Notes: generated by a model from the sequence alone, not told the origin. Shown: positions 55,187 to 64,000, counted from the first letter of the stretch. The stretch: DNA of 64,000 bases from Candidatus Staskawiczbacteria bacterium (GCA_041661545.1 JBAZUH010000001.1:211877-275876); one strand, 5' to 3'. Program-made: numbers and translations.

Positions 55187-56212
55187 TTATTGTACTGGCT
55201 CACAGTTAGCTGCGTTAGATCCAGAATCAGCACTTGCAGAAGATGCATATGTTTCAGAAAAAGAAATTGCTGCTTCTGCTGTATTTAATGCTGTAGAGCA
55301 AAAACTTGCTGGCGTGTTAAATCCTCCACAAATCATTGATTTTATGCCATCAGATGATCTTCCTCCATAATTAGATTCTGAAACTGTAGTTCCATTCAAA
55401 ATCATTGTTGGTGAACCTGAAGCACCATATTTTGCACTTAAATCAAAATCAACTTTGGCATAAGCCACCCCCTTGCTTGGAGTTGATATGCAAGAGTTCA
55501 ATTTAGCTGAATCTATGCCGGTAGAAGTTTGACAACCTGCTGTATCACCAGACTTCATTTGACAAGCAACATAATTCCAATATTTGGTTGGTTGCTCTTC
55601 TCTAATACAAATTTGTCTTAAATTTTCTTTAGCTTCGGCGTCTCCATGCATTGCTGTAATAGTATTTCCAGAAACTTCTCCTATATATCTTGCTTTCATA
55701 TATGGCGCCAAAGAAGGCATATTTTTAACTGCGTCGGCCATGGCTCTTTGTATTTGCAAGCCATATGGACATCTTGCTACAACAAATGCTTCTAACATTG
55801 GGGCATCTGTTTTTGTAATCTCGGTTGGTGTTGTATTAGATGTGGCACTTTTCCCATCATCTTTTTTGGGAGTTAGTTCAAATGCTTGCGGAAACATAAG
55901 CTTACCGTCTTTTGTAGCATACGAATCAAATTCGTTTTCACCAATTTTAATTGTCACTTTTACTAATCCAGACTCTCCGGAAAACTTTACTAATGATGCT
56001 GGGGTTTGCGAAAGTTGATTGTCATTAATATATTTTATTGTATTTTCTGCAACTTGTTTATCTGACATACCAAAAATACTTGTTAACGAAAATCCTCCAT
56101 CTGATTTATTAAAAATTAAAACTCCAACCACTACAACTGCCACAACGGCTATACTAATAAGAATAGTATTCTTGTTCATTTTTGAATGAATTTTCTTTAA
56201 AAAATGTTTCAT
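55187..56212 (-). CDS. membrane-anchored thioredoxin-fold (DsbA-like) protein, tentative
   Basis: 341-aa ORF with an N-terminal TM helix. FVVARCPYGLQ resembles a DsbA-like family. There are multiple Cys in the C-terminal half. Confidence 0.4.
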   Translation of the reverse strand: MKHFLKKIHSKMNKNTILISIAVVAVVVVGVLIFNKSDGGFSLTSIFGMSDKQVAENTIKYINDNQLSQTPASLVKFSGESGLVKVTIKIGENEFDSYATKDGKLMFPQAFELTPKKDDGKSATSNTTPTEITKTDAPMLEAFVVARCPYGLQIQRAMADAVKNMPSLAPYMKARYIGEVSGNTITAMHGDAEAKENLRQICIREEQPTKYWNYVACQMKSGDTAGCQTSTGIDSAKLNSCISTPSKGVAYAKVDFDLSAKYGASGSPTMILNGTTVSESNYGGRSSDGIKSMICGGFNTPASFCSTALNTAEAAISFSETYASSASADSGSNAANCEPVQ

Positions 56213-56340
56213 TTTTTATTGCTATATTGCTACGTTGCTATATTGATTTTTAATCTTCAATTTAACACTTACGCAATCTAACGGTTATACTTATTAAATT
56301 ATTATTAATTACATCTACTAATTATAATATAATATTTTTT

Positions 56341-57006
56341 TTATACAAGTTTTTTATATTTTCCATCTTCAAAATCATATTTAATTAATGCTCCAAAAGG
56401 TAATTCTAGCTCAGCAATTTTATCGTCGGGTATATTTTCCAAATATTTTACTATTGCCCTTAAACTATTATGACTGGCCACCACTAAAACGTTTTTACCT
56501 GCTTTCAAATCTTTCTCAATATTTTTTTTATAAAATGGCACCGCTCTTTTAAAGGTATTTTCCATGGTTTCTCCTCCTGGAATAACAATTTTATATGATC
56601 GCCTCCAGTTATGAACCAATTCGCCTCCAAATTTTTCTACAGTTTCATTTTTATTTAAACCCTGCAAATTACCGTAATATCTCTCATTTAATTTTTCTGA
56701 AGTATAAACAGGAACATAATTACCGCCTCCTTCAAAATTCCCCCATTTTTGCATTTTCCCGCCATCTAAATGAATAAATATTGGATATTTATCACCCAAA
56801 TTTCTAAGAATCTTAATAACGGTTTGCACATTTCTAATCAATGCCGAAGAATATACAACATCAAAATTCTCTCCAACTATCTTTGATGCAACGTCTTTGG
56901 CTTGATCTGCACCCTCTTTAGATAACGGATTATCAACCCAACCAGCAAACCTATTTTCTAAGTTCCATTGTGATTTTAAATGTCTTAATAAATATAATTT
57001 AGCCAT
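56341..57006 (-). CDS. gpmA: 2,3-bisphosphoglycerate-dependent phosphoglycerate mutase family
   Basis: 221-aa ORF with LLRHLKSQWNLENRFAGWVDNPLSKEG (RHG-type histidine phosphatase) and ASHNSLRA. Confidence 0.8.
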   Translation of the reverse strand: MAKLYLLRHLKSQWNLENRFAGWVDNPLSKEGADQAKDVASKIVGENFDVVYSSALIRNVQTVIKILRNLGDKYPIFIHLDGGKMQKWGNFEGGGNYVPVYTSEKLNERYYGNLQGLNKNETVEKFGGELVHNWRRSYKIVIPGGETMENTFKRAVPFYKKNIEKDLKAGKNVLVVASHNSLRAIVKYLENIPDDKIAELELPFGALIKYDFEDGKYKKLV

Positions 57007-57023
57007 AAGTTTATATAATTTGT

Positions 57024-57128
57024 AGCGAGGCAGTTAATTTTCAGCGTATTTCAGGACACGAAGTGCCTGACTAAGCCGTTTAGACGCGAAGCGTATCAAT
57101 GGCGTTAGCAGAAAATTGACTGCCGAGC
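57024..57128 (+). repeat. R element copy 2
   Basis: About 96% identical to 19016-19120 and in the same orientation. It lies between eno and gpmA. Confidence 0.85.
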
Positions 57129-57152
57129 AAAAAAAATTTATTTGCCAAGCGT

Positions 57153-58400
57153 TTATTTAAATTCTTTTTCTATTTCTATTACTCTTTGATATTTTACCAT
57201 TCTTTCTGGTTTTGCAGGAGAGCCGGCTTTTAAAAAATCTGCGCCTGCACCCACTGCTAAATCGGCAATAAAATTATCCATTGTTTCGCCACTGCGATGC
57301 GAAACAATAACTTTCCAGCCAAATGATTTTGTCATATTTATTGCGTCTATTGTTTCAGATACACTTCCAATTTGATTTAATTTTATTAAAATTGCATTGC
57401 AAGCTAATTGGCTATGAGCATCCTTAATTGTTTTTATGTTTGTTGTTGTTAAATCGTCTCCAACAATTGTAACTTTACCACCAAATTCTTTAGTAATTTC
57501 TTTAAATCCTTCCCAATCTTCTTGCGAAAATGGATCTTCAATAGAAATAATAGGAAATTCATTTACTAAGTTTTTATAAAATTCTAACATTTGACTTCTT
57601 GTATATTCTTTGCCTTCAACCATATACTTACCATTGTTATAAAACTCCGAAGCAGCACAATCTAGCGCAAATTTTATATCATTTTGCCCTTCACATGCCC
57701 CTTTTATAAAAAATAATGCTCTTTCAGCTGAAGAAATTGGTGGAGCAAAACCGCCCTCATCCCCCAGTTGTAGATAATCTTCGCTCCCGCCGTTAGCGGG
57801 ATCCCGCTGTGGCGGGACAAAATTTTTAGTAATTGCATCTTTTAAATTGTTAAAAACTTTATTGCACACTACCAAATTTTCTTGCATTGTTTTCTTTTGG
57901 GGCACAATCATAAATTCTTGAATATCTAAATCATTTTTAGCATGCGCTCCCCCATTTAAAATATTAAACATTGGCAAAGGAGAAAATAATTTATTTTCAT
58001 TCCCAGATAAATCTGCAATATATTCATACAAAGAAACCTTTTTAGAACCAGCGCCAGCTCTACAAACAGCTAGTGAAACTCCTAAAATTGCATTGGCGCC
58101 AAGCTTAGATTTATTTTCTGTCCCATCTAAATCAATCATTGTCCTATCAATTTCTTTTTGATTTGACACATCCATTCCCTTTAATTTTGGTGCAATAATT
58201 TCATTTACATTATTTATTACAGTATTTACGCCTCTTCCATCGGCATCTCTTAATTCTAAAGCTTCTCTAACACCAGTTGATGCACCGCTTGGAACTGAAG
58301 CAACAAAACTGCCCTTTTCAGTTTCAAGCTCAACTTCAATTGTAGGCTTACCGCGAGAATCTTTTATTTCCCTGGCAATTATATCCTTTATTTTACTCAT
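57153..58400 (-). CDS. eno: enolase
   Basis: 415-aa ORF with GDEGGFAP, SHRSGET and IKLNQIGS motifs. It carries an in-frame GC repeat at 57784-57818. Confidence 0.95.
   Translation of the reverse strand: MSKIKDIIAREIKDSRGKPTIEVELETEKGSFVASVPSGASTGVREALELRDADGRGVNTVINNVNEIIAPKLKGMDVSNQKEIDRTMIDLDGTENKSKLGANAILGVSLAVCRAGAGSKKVSLYEYIADLSGNENKLFSPLPMFNILNGGAHAKNDLDIQEFMIVPQKKTMQENLVVCNKVFNNLKDAITKNFVPPQRDPANGGSEDYLQLGDEGGFAPPISSAERALFFIKGACEGQNDIKFALDCAASEFYNNGKYMVEGKEYTRSQMLEFYKNLVNEFPIISIEDPFSQEDWEGFKEITKEFGGKVTIVGDDLTTTNIKTIKDAHSQLACNAILIKLNQIGSVSETIDAINMTKSFGWKVIVSHRSGETMDNFIADLAVGAGADFLKAGSPAKPERMVKYQRVIEIEKEFK
57784..57818 (+). repeat. GC-rich double-hairpin repeat inside eno
   Basis: ctcccgccgttagcgggatcccgctgtggcgggac, encoding PPQRDPANGGSE just upstream of GDEGGFAP. 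Confidence 0.75.
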
Positions 58401-58839
58401 CTTTATTATTAAAATAATTATTTAATTTTAATGTTATCTTAAACAATAAATCTTCGTCAATTTTATTTACTAAATCAATGTCTGTTTTTTTAGGCCAACT
58501 AAAATCTTTGAATACAAACCCTTCAAAATATCTATCTGATGAATAACGCGGTATTATATGAAAATGCACAACTGCATCAACCATCATTAACATCAAATAG
58601 TTAATCTTTTCATTTTGGAATAATTCCTTAATTTTTACTTCTATTTCAGTTATAATTTGTGGCAGTTCATCAAAGCTCTCTTTTGAGATTTTATGAAATT
58701 CATCAACATTATCCTTGCACATCAAAACAAGAGAACCAAGTGTCACGTGATTGAATCTGCATAAAATCACCCAATTATTATATTCTTTTACAAGAAGCTC
58801 TGGATATCTAAATTTTTTTAAAATATCGCTATCTACCAT
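58393..58839 (-). CDS. HIT-like family protein
   Basis: 148-aa ORF. VVHFHIIPRY resembles the histidine-triad motif. Confidence 0.5.
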   Translation of the reverse strand: MVDSDILKKFRYPELLVKEYNNWVILCRFNHVTLGSLVLMCKDNVDEFHKISKESFDELPQIITEIEVKIKELFQNEKINYLMLMMVDAVVHFHIIPRYSSDRYFEGFVFKDFSWPKKTDIDLVNKIDEDLLFKITLKLNNYFNNKDE

Positions 58840-59267
58840 TATTTTTTGATTTTTAGCTTTTTAGAATGCTCTGCCGATGGAGTAAAAAGTAGCGCCTCTT
58901 GCTCTAGGCCATTATCATCATTTTTATTTCCCGCCTTTTTTAATCGCTGTTTCCTATTTTTTATTAGTCTTTCTGCAATAAATTTATAGCCACTATCGTC
59001 TTGTAATAAATTTTTACTAACAAAAGATATCTTATCTCTTCCAACTCCTAGCATTTTAATAATTTTATCATATTTATAACCAGCAGACAAAAGAACTGCA
59101 ATTTCTATTCTTCTAGACAAAGTTGCAATTTCATCGGGAGTAAGTAGACTCTTAAGAAATAAACGCACCTCGCTTCTGTCTTTCAATGAATCCACCATAT
59201 CATAAAATTCACTTATCATTTGGATTCTTTTTTCCTTAGGCAAACTATTTAAATGAAAAGTCGTCAT
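58839..59267 (-). CDS. TrpR/YerC-YecD-like DNA-binding protein
   Basis: 142-aa ORF. LTPDEIATLSRRIEIAVLL...MLGVGRDKISFVSKNL fits the pattern. Confidence 0.6.
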   Translation of the reverse strand: MTTFHLNSLPKEKRIQMISEFYDMVDSLKDRSEVRLFLKSLLTPDEIATLSRRIEIAVLLSAGYKYDKIIKMLGVGRDKISFVSKNLLQDDSGYKFIAERLIKNRKQRLKKAGNKNDDNGLEQEALLFTPSAEHSKKLKIKK

Positions 59268-59329
59268 TTTATTTTCAGTCCTGTGGTTCGGACTACAGGA
59301 CTATTTAATAAGAGAGTAGTATGGCTTAT

Positions 59330-60253
59330 TTATTTTTTGGTTTTTAGTAAATAATCGTAGGCTGCTAATGCAGCTTTGGCTCCTTCGCCCGCAGCAGTAA
59401 CAATTTGTTTATATTTTCCTTTATTACAATCTCCGGCGGCAAATAACCCTGGTGTTTTAGTTTCGTAATTTTCTAAATTCGTGATAATTTCATCTCTATC
59501 TGAAAAATTAACTAAATCTTTTATAAATGCGGTAGCTGGCGAATAACCAATTTCAACAAAAACCCCCTCTACATCTAACTTTTTTTGTTCTTTTGAAACT
59601 AAATCCTCATAAATTAAAGATTTTACAAGACTATCACCTTCCACTTTTAAAACTTTGGCGCTAGTTATAACTTCTGTTTTGTTGTTATTTGCAATAATTT
59701 TTTGATTTTCTTCGTCAGCTTTTATTTTATTTCCGTATTCTAATATATATATCTTTTTTACATAATTAGACAAAAACAAAGCTGTTTCAAAACCAGAATT
59801 ACCGCCACCAACAACTGCAACGGTTTTATCGCGAAATATAGGGCCGTCGCACAATGCACAATAGCTTACTCCTTTTCCTATAAATTCTTTTTCGCCTTGG
59901 GCTTCTAGCGGCCTTGGGTCTCCTCCGGTTGTAACTATAACTGATAAAGCTTGGTAATTATCATCCATAGCTGTTGAAACTTGAAAAACATTTTCATTTT
60001 TAACAACTTTCAAAACTTCGTCAAAAACAATTTCTACTTTATTTGTTTTTAATTGTTCTTCAAAAATTTTAATTAAATTTGGCCCAGATATTTTATCAAA
60101 CCCAGGATAATTTTCTATATCAACAGCTTTTTTTGCAATTTGACCGCCCATATCTTTAGAAATAACTAAAAGATTAAGCTTTTGACGGGCCGCATATATT
60201 GCCGCTGAAACTCCCGCTGGGCCAGAACCTATAATAATTAAATCGTATATCAT
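59330..60253 (-). CDS. trxB: thioredoxin-disulfide reductase
   Basis: 307-aa ORF with GSGPAG, CALCDG and GGGNSG motifs. Confidence 0.9.
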   Translation of the reverse strand: MIYDLIIIGSGPAGVSAAIYAARQKLNLLVISKDMGGQIAKKAVDIENYPGFDKISGPNLIKIFEEQLKTNKVEIVFDEVLKVVKNENVFQVSTAMDDNYQALSVIVTTGGDPRPLEAQGEKEFIGKGVSYCALCDGPIFRDKTVAVVGGGNSGFETALFLSNYVKKIYILEYGNKIKADEENQKIIANNNKTEVITSAKVLKVEGDSLVKSLIYEDLVSKEQKKLDVEGVFVEIGYSPATAFIKDLVNFSDRDEIITNLENYETKTPGLFAAGDCNKGKYKQIVTAAGEGAKAALAAYDYLLKTKK

Positions 60254-61125
60254 TTTATAGTTTTTAAATATTTTTTTAATTCTTCTTTGTACCTAGGATC
60301 TTTTAAAGCAAAATAGAAAAATGATTTTATCCATTTTAATTTATCACCACATTCTAGCCATTCACCCCTTAGCTCGCTTCCATAAATGACCTTTCCATCA
60401 GAAAGCATTTTATCAAAAACTTCAGCTAAAAATATTTCTCCCTTTTTAGATGGCTTGGCTTTTTTTAAATAACTAAATACCTCGGGAGTTAAAATATATT
60501 TTCCTACAACTACCAAATTAGAGGGAGCTTGGTCAAACGTAGGTTTTTCAATAATTTTTTTTATTTTATGCAATCCATTAGCAATTTTTTCATTAGCTAC
60601 AACTCCGTATGCGGGCAAACTTTCTTTTGGAAGCTGTTTTAATCCTAACACAGGAGAATTACAAGTTTGAAAAACTTTGATTAATTGAGCAATAGCTGGC
60701 TCATCACTATCTATAATATCATCGCAATGCAAAACAGCCACTGCTTCGTCTGCACCAATAAACTTTTTTGCTTGCAATATAGCATGACCATCTCCATTTG
60801 GTTCTTTTTGAACTACAAAATTTATTTTCAAATCACCAAAAACATCGTCTATATCCTTCAAGTCTTTTAACTGCTTGTCTTTTTTTCTTTGAGACAAAAA
60901 AGCCTCCAATCGCTTGTCTGGCTTAATATAGTCGGCAATCATTTTTTGACCTGGACTAATAACAAAAATAATTTCTTCTATTCCTGCATCTTTAGCCTCT
61001 TGAACTATATATTGAATTAATGGTTTGTCTATTATTGGAAAAAATTCTTTAGATAACACTTTTGACATAGGCAAAAACCTTGTTCCCGAGCCCGCAATTG
61101 CCATAATAGCTTTTTTTATTTCCAT
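60250..61125 (-). CDS. galU: UTP--glucose-1-phosphate uridylyltransferase
   Basis: 291-aa ORF with AGSGTRFLP and VEKP-like IEKP motifs. Confidence 0.85.
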   Translation of the reverse strand: MEIKKAIMAIAGSGTRFLPMSKVLSKEFFPIIDKPLIQYIVQEAKDAGIEEIIFVISPGQKMIADYIKPDKRLEAFLSQRKKDKQLKDLKDIDDVFGDLKINFVVQKEPNGDGHAILQAKKFIGADEAVAVLHCDDIIDSDEPAIAQLIKVFQTCNSPVLGLKQLPKESLPAYGVVANEKIANGLHKIKKIIEKPTFDQAPSNLVVVGKYILTPEVFSYLKKAKPSKKGEIFLAEVFDKMLSDGKVIYGSELRGEWLECGDKLKWIKSFFYFALKDPRYKEELKKYLKTIK

Positions 61126-61223
61126 AAAATATAATTCTAATCTACGAATTATCCAAATTCTACGAATACAACAAATTTAATTCGTGGCATTCGAATGATT
61201 AGGATGACATTCGGATTATATTG

Positions 61224-62990
61224 CTAACTTTTAAATTTTACTTTTCTTAAAAATGCGGGGATTTCCCACTCCTTTTCTTGGGCTATTCTCTTTTTTTCCT
61301 GAAGTTCTTCTGCTTCTTTAATTTCTAATCCACTTCTTCTTATTGCCTGCCTGCTGTTAGGCACGACCTGCCTACTGACAGTTAAGCTTTTTTTGGTTAA
61401 TACCGCGCGTTCGTTAGAAATAGTTTCTACTATCTCTAATTTATTTTTTTCTAAAATTGGCTTAGCTAAAATTGGTTTTTTAAAAACCTTTATTTTCGTC
61501 TTAGGCTTAGATATAGGCAATTTTTTAGCTTTAATTATTGCTGGCGCCTCAACCTTAATTGGCTCTACTATTTGTTTTACCTGAACTGGCAAAATTGGCA
61601 AATCTTTTTTAAGAACAGCATCTGCCTCTTCTTGGACTTGCGACTCGGGAGAGGCCCCAGTCATTAAAATAGTAGTTTTTATTTTATTTTTCAATTTAGT
61701 ATTTTTAGAAATTCCAAAAATAATTTTGGCTTTAGAATTTAAATCTGAGATATGACTACTAATTTTTTCTACCTGAAACATTGAAAGCGCTTCTCCTCCA
61801 GCGATATTAAACAAAATCTTTTCTGTTTTAAATGTATTATTTTGTAATAATGGATTTTTAAAAATATTTTCGCAAATTTTTTCTACACTATCTTTGCCCG
61901 AAGCCTCAATAGTATTTAAAAATGCCGAATTACCCCTACCTCTTAAAATTGTTCTTAAATCAGCAAAGTCTATGTTTATTACTCCGGGACTATAAATTAA
62001 ATCTATTAAACTTTCTAAAGATTCTATTAAGCTTTTATTAACCGTTGAAAAAGCATTTGTTATTGGCGTTGACTCATCAATAATTTTAAAAATTTTCTCG
62101 TTAGGAATTACCAAAGAAACATTTAATGATTTACGCAAAATTTTTAACGCATTTTGTGCTATGCGTTGCTTATTTTTGCCCTCAAATTTAAAAGGCATTG
62201 TAAATATTCCAAAAGTAATTCCCCCAAAGTTTTTGGCTGCTTCAGCAAAAACTTGCGTAGCTCCAGACCCCAGCCCTCCGCCTAAAGATGCTACAAAAAT
62301 TATAATATCTTGATCTTTAAATAAACCGCTTATTTTTTCTTTTGATGCTTCGGCCGCTTGTTTAGCTAAATCTACATTTACTCCAGTTCCTAAGCCGTGA
62401 GTTAAATCTTCTCCAAACCAAAAATACTTCATTCCAGATCTCTTTTTTAAAGCTCTAATATCTGTATCTGCAATAACAAAAGTAGCTTTTTCTAAAGACC
62501 TACCTATCTCTGAAACAATAGAACCTCCTCCACCACCCACTCCAATAACCTTAATTTTTGCTTTAAACAAAGACTCTGCTGCAAACTCACCCTCTGGCTT
62601 GGTTTGGGCGCGCCCTGAACGTGGTCTAAGGGTTTTTTTAATAATAGCTTTCTTTACTTTTTTGATAACTAATTTCTTAGCTGGGTTTTTAGTAATCTTT
62701 TTTGTTATTTTTTTGATAATTTTCTTCACTACTTTCTTAACTGGTTTTTTTGACGTAACTTTTTTTATAATCTTTTTGGGCAATTTCTTTATTATCTTTA
62801 CAGGTTTTTTAATCTGCTTTTTTATAACAACCTTCTTTACTGTTTTTTTTATTTTTTTTGCGGGTTTCTGAATTATTTTCTTAACCAAAATCTTGCCCTT
62901 TTTTATTGGCTTAGTTTTTTTAGCTGGTTGAGAATTTTTTTTCTTTAATTTCTTTACCAGCTTTTTTATTATTTTCTTTTTCTTTGGCAT
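61224..62990 (-). CDS. ftsZ: cell division protein FtsZ with a ~140-aa Lys-rich N-terminal extension
   Basis: Start taken at MPKKKK. The core has GVGGGGGS and GLGSGAT motifs, and the C-terminal peptide is IPAFLRK. A TTG start just before the core cannot be excluded. Confidence 0.85.
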   Translation of the reverse strand: MPKKKKIIKKLVKKLKKKNSQPAKKTKPIKKGKILVKKIIQKPAKKIKKTVKKVVIKKQIKKPVKIIKKLPKKIIKKVTSKKPVKKVVKKIIKKITKKITKNPAKKLVIKKVKKAIIKKTLRPRSGRAQTKPEGEFAAESLFKAKIKVIGVGGGGGSIVSEIGRSLEKATFVIADTDIRALKKRSGMKYFWFGEDLTHGLGTGVNVDLAKQAAEASKEKISGLFKDQDIIIFVASLGGGLGSGATQVFAEAAKNFGGITFGIFTMPFKFEGKNKQRIAQNALKILRKSLNVSLVIPNEKIFKIIDESTPITNAFSTVNKSLIESLESLIDLIYSPGVINIDFADLRTILRGRGNSAFLNTIEASGKDSVEKICENIFKNPLLQNNTFKTEKILFNIAGGEALSMFQVEKISSHISDLNSKAKIIFGISKNTKLKNKIKTTILMTGASPESQVQEEADAVLKKDLPILPVQVKQIVEPIKVEAPAIIKAKKLPISKPKTKIKVFKKPILAKPILEKNKLEIVETISNERAVLTKKSLTVSRQVVPNSRQAIRRSGLEIKEAEELQEKKRIAQEKEWEIPAFLRKVKFKS

Positions 62991-63040
62991 TATATTATAT
63001 GTTAACCGCTTACAAAATAAAATCAAGTCTTACCATATGC

Positions 63041-63093
63041 ATCCCTCAAAAATGGTAGCAATTTGTGTGTCACAAATCGCTATTTTTGGGGAT
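63041..63093 (+). repeat. E element copy 2 (53 nt)
   Basis: atccctcaaaaatggtagcaatttgtgtgtcacaaatcgctatttttggggat, 8 nt from the cassette-9 terminator. Confidence 0.8.
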
Positions 63094-63101
63094 TTTCATT
63101 T

Positions 63102-63129
63102 AAAAAAAAGCTACGATGTCACACGTAGC
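63102..63129 (-). terminator. terminator of cassette 9
   Basis: gctacg/cgtagc stem followed by a T8 run on the minus strand. Confidence 0.65.
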
Positions 63130-63169
63130 GAAGTCTTTGTCGCACAATGCGTCAAAGACCCATAAAATC

Positions 63170-63883
63170 TCAAGCCAGAAGCTTGGGCCAGTTTTCACCT
63201 TTGGGTTCCAAGGCTTCAGAACCCTGCGGACAATATGGACAATCTTCAGGCTCCCAACTGTCCACCTGTTTGGCAATAAATGGTACGACTAAGCTTCCAT
63301 CGTTCGTCCTAAAATTGAGAACTGGGGGGCGATACACAAACACCCCAATCTGTCGAGCATAGCAGACACCATTATTTGTTGCCTTGTCAATTGCCACACG
63401 GCTAGCGATAGCACTATCAAAAGTGGTGATTAACTCTTCAACCTGCAAAAGCACCGCGCCTTCTGACAATGGCACGTCATGCTTAAACTTCATCTTTTTG
63501 CCTTTGGGATCCTCTGGATCCTTTTCCAACACAAGCGTTGGCACGCCAAGCAAACGACCAATATCACCGGTTAAGAGAATCGATGACTGTGGCGATCCGA
63601 AGACTGCATCAACGTGTGCTAATCCAGCTCGAAGGAGGCGCTTAACAATACAAGCGGCAATAATCTCGCGAAGATTGCCATGCATCAGCAAAGCCTTGCA
63701 TAGGAAAAATGCGTTACTGTGACGCCCGGAGTGAAGTTTCGCATGCGGTTTTATTGGGTCACCTGAGTAAACCCAACCTGCTTGCAAAAGTCCAAACCAC
63801 TCCAACACATTTTCCGGTGTCGGCAAAAATAACCCCCATTTCATCGAAAGGTTTTTCAGACCTTCTCTGGTTAATTCTTTCAT
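63170..63883 (-). CDS. phosphoribosyltransferase-like protein (type I PRTase fold, divergent) in cassette 9
   Basis: 237-aa GC-rich ORF. VLLQVEELITTFDSA resembles the PRPP-binding loop (hydrophobic strand, two acidic residues, then TTG-like). The C-terminus has CPYCP. Confidence 0.5.
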   Translation of the reverse strand: MKELTREGLKNLSMKWGLFLPTPENVLEWFGLLQAGWVYSGDPIKPHAKLHSGRHSNAFFLCKALLMHGNLREIIAACIVKRLLRAGLAHVDAVFGSPQSSILLTGDIGRLLGVPTLVLEKDPEDPKGKKMKFKHDVPLSEGAVLLQVEELITTFDSAIASRVAIDKATNNGVCYARQIGVFVYRPPVLNFRTNDGSLVVPFIAKQVDSWEPEDCPYCPQGSEALEPKGENWPKLLA

Positions 63884-63920
63884 GGCTTTTTCCTTTCTTT
63901 CTAGCGCAGGTTCTTTCTTG

Positions 63921-64000
63921 TTAGTCTGTATCTTCTCCGCCTTCTTTAAGGGCTAATCGGTCGCCAGGGTGGCCAATAACAATATCCTTGTGAGGCGGAT
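63921..64000 (-). CDS. C-terminal fragment of an upstream cassette-9 gene (5' end beyond window)
   Basis: Hand translation gives ...PPHKDIVIGHPGDRLALKEGGEDTD*. GC-rich, same strand. Confidence 0.3.
   Translation of the reverse strand, partial: PPHKDIVIGHPGDRLALKEGGEDTD

Noticed and set aside
62599-62871. Plus-strand ORF 62599..62871, rich in Phe/Ile
   Set aside because: It is the antisense shadow of the Lys-rich (AAA/AAG) N-terminal tract of ftsZ.

Overview
AT-rich bacterial chromosome segment: hand-counted host stretches are about 30% GC (19 of 60 nt at 61-120). Coding is almost entirely on the minus strand. The content fits a Candidate Phyla Radiation / Patescibacteria (Parcubacteria-like) genome. 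Supporting features are unlinked 16S and 23S-5S rRNA genes, a LAGLIDADG-encoding intron in the 16S decoding-centre region, a 23S expansion segment, a lower-glycolysis plus ADP-forming acetyl-CoA synthetase block, type IV pilin-like genes and many small hypothetical proteins. All calls come from reading the sequence and from motif recognition; no database search or folding program was run.

Core genes recognised: serS, lysS, mrdA-mreD-mreC, ychF, greA, tsf, rpsB, rpmE, an RF1-like factor, ctc, fba, pfkB-family kinase, ppsA, gap, gpmA, eno, trxB, galU, ftsZ, mscL, four tRNAs and a probable RNase P RNA.

Observations beyond routine annotation:
1. At least nine GC-rich mini-cassettes (one sample stretch 45 of 60 nt GC) sit between core genes. 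Most have their own TTGACA-N16/17-TAnnnT promoter and an intrinsic terminator, and several end in conserved structured repeats, here named E, F and GC-palindrome elements.
2. One cassette carries an unannotated 33-aa Cys-rich precursor ORF followed by an RRE-radical SAM/SPASM maturase, which looks like a compact RiPP module. It is bracketed by identical 38-bp terminators.
3. A full-length LexA (wHTH, Ala-Gly cleavage site, Ser/Lys S24 domain) is fused in one ORF to a C5 DNA methyltransferase, tail-to-tail with a PD-(D/E)XK-like endonuclease candidate.
4. The 16S 3' tail reads GGAUCA-UUUUUUU with no CCUCC anti-Shine-Dalgarno. Host genes show no SD, yet several cassette genes carry strong SD motifs.
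5. GC-rich palindromic repeats lie in-frame inside eno, ppsA, an alpha/beta hydrolase, an RluA-family synthase and an ASCH protein, and also fill intercistronic gaps.
6. A 105-bp highly structured repeat occurs twice.
7. A tandem family of paralogous small basic proteins has duplicated promoter-leader units.

No CRISPR array, transposase or integrase was seen.
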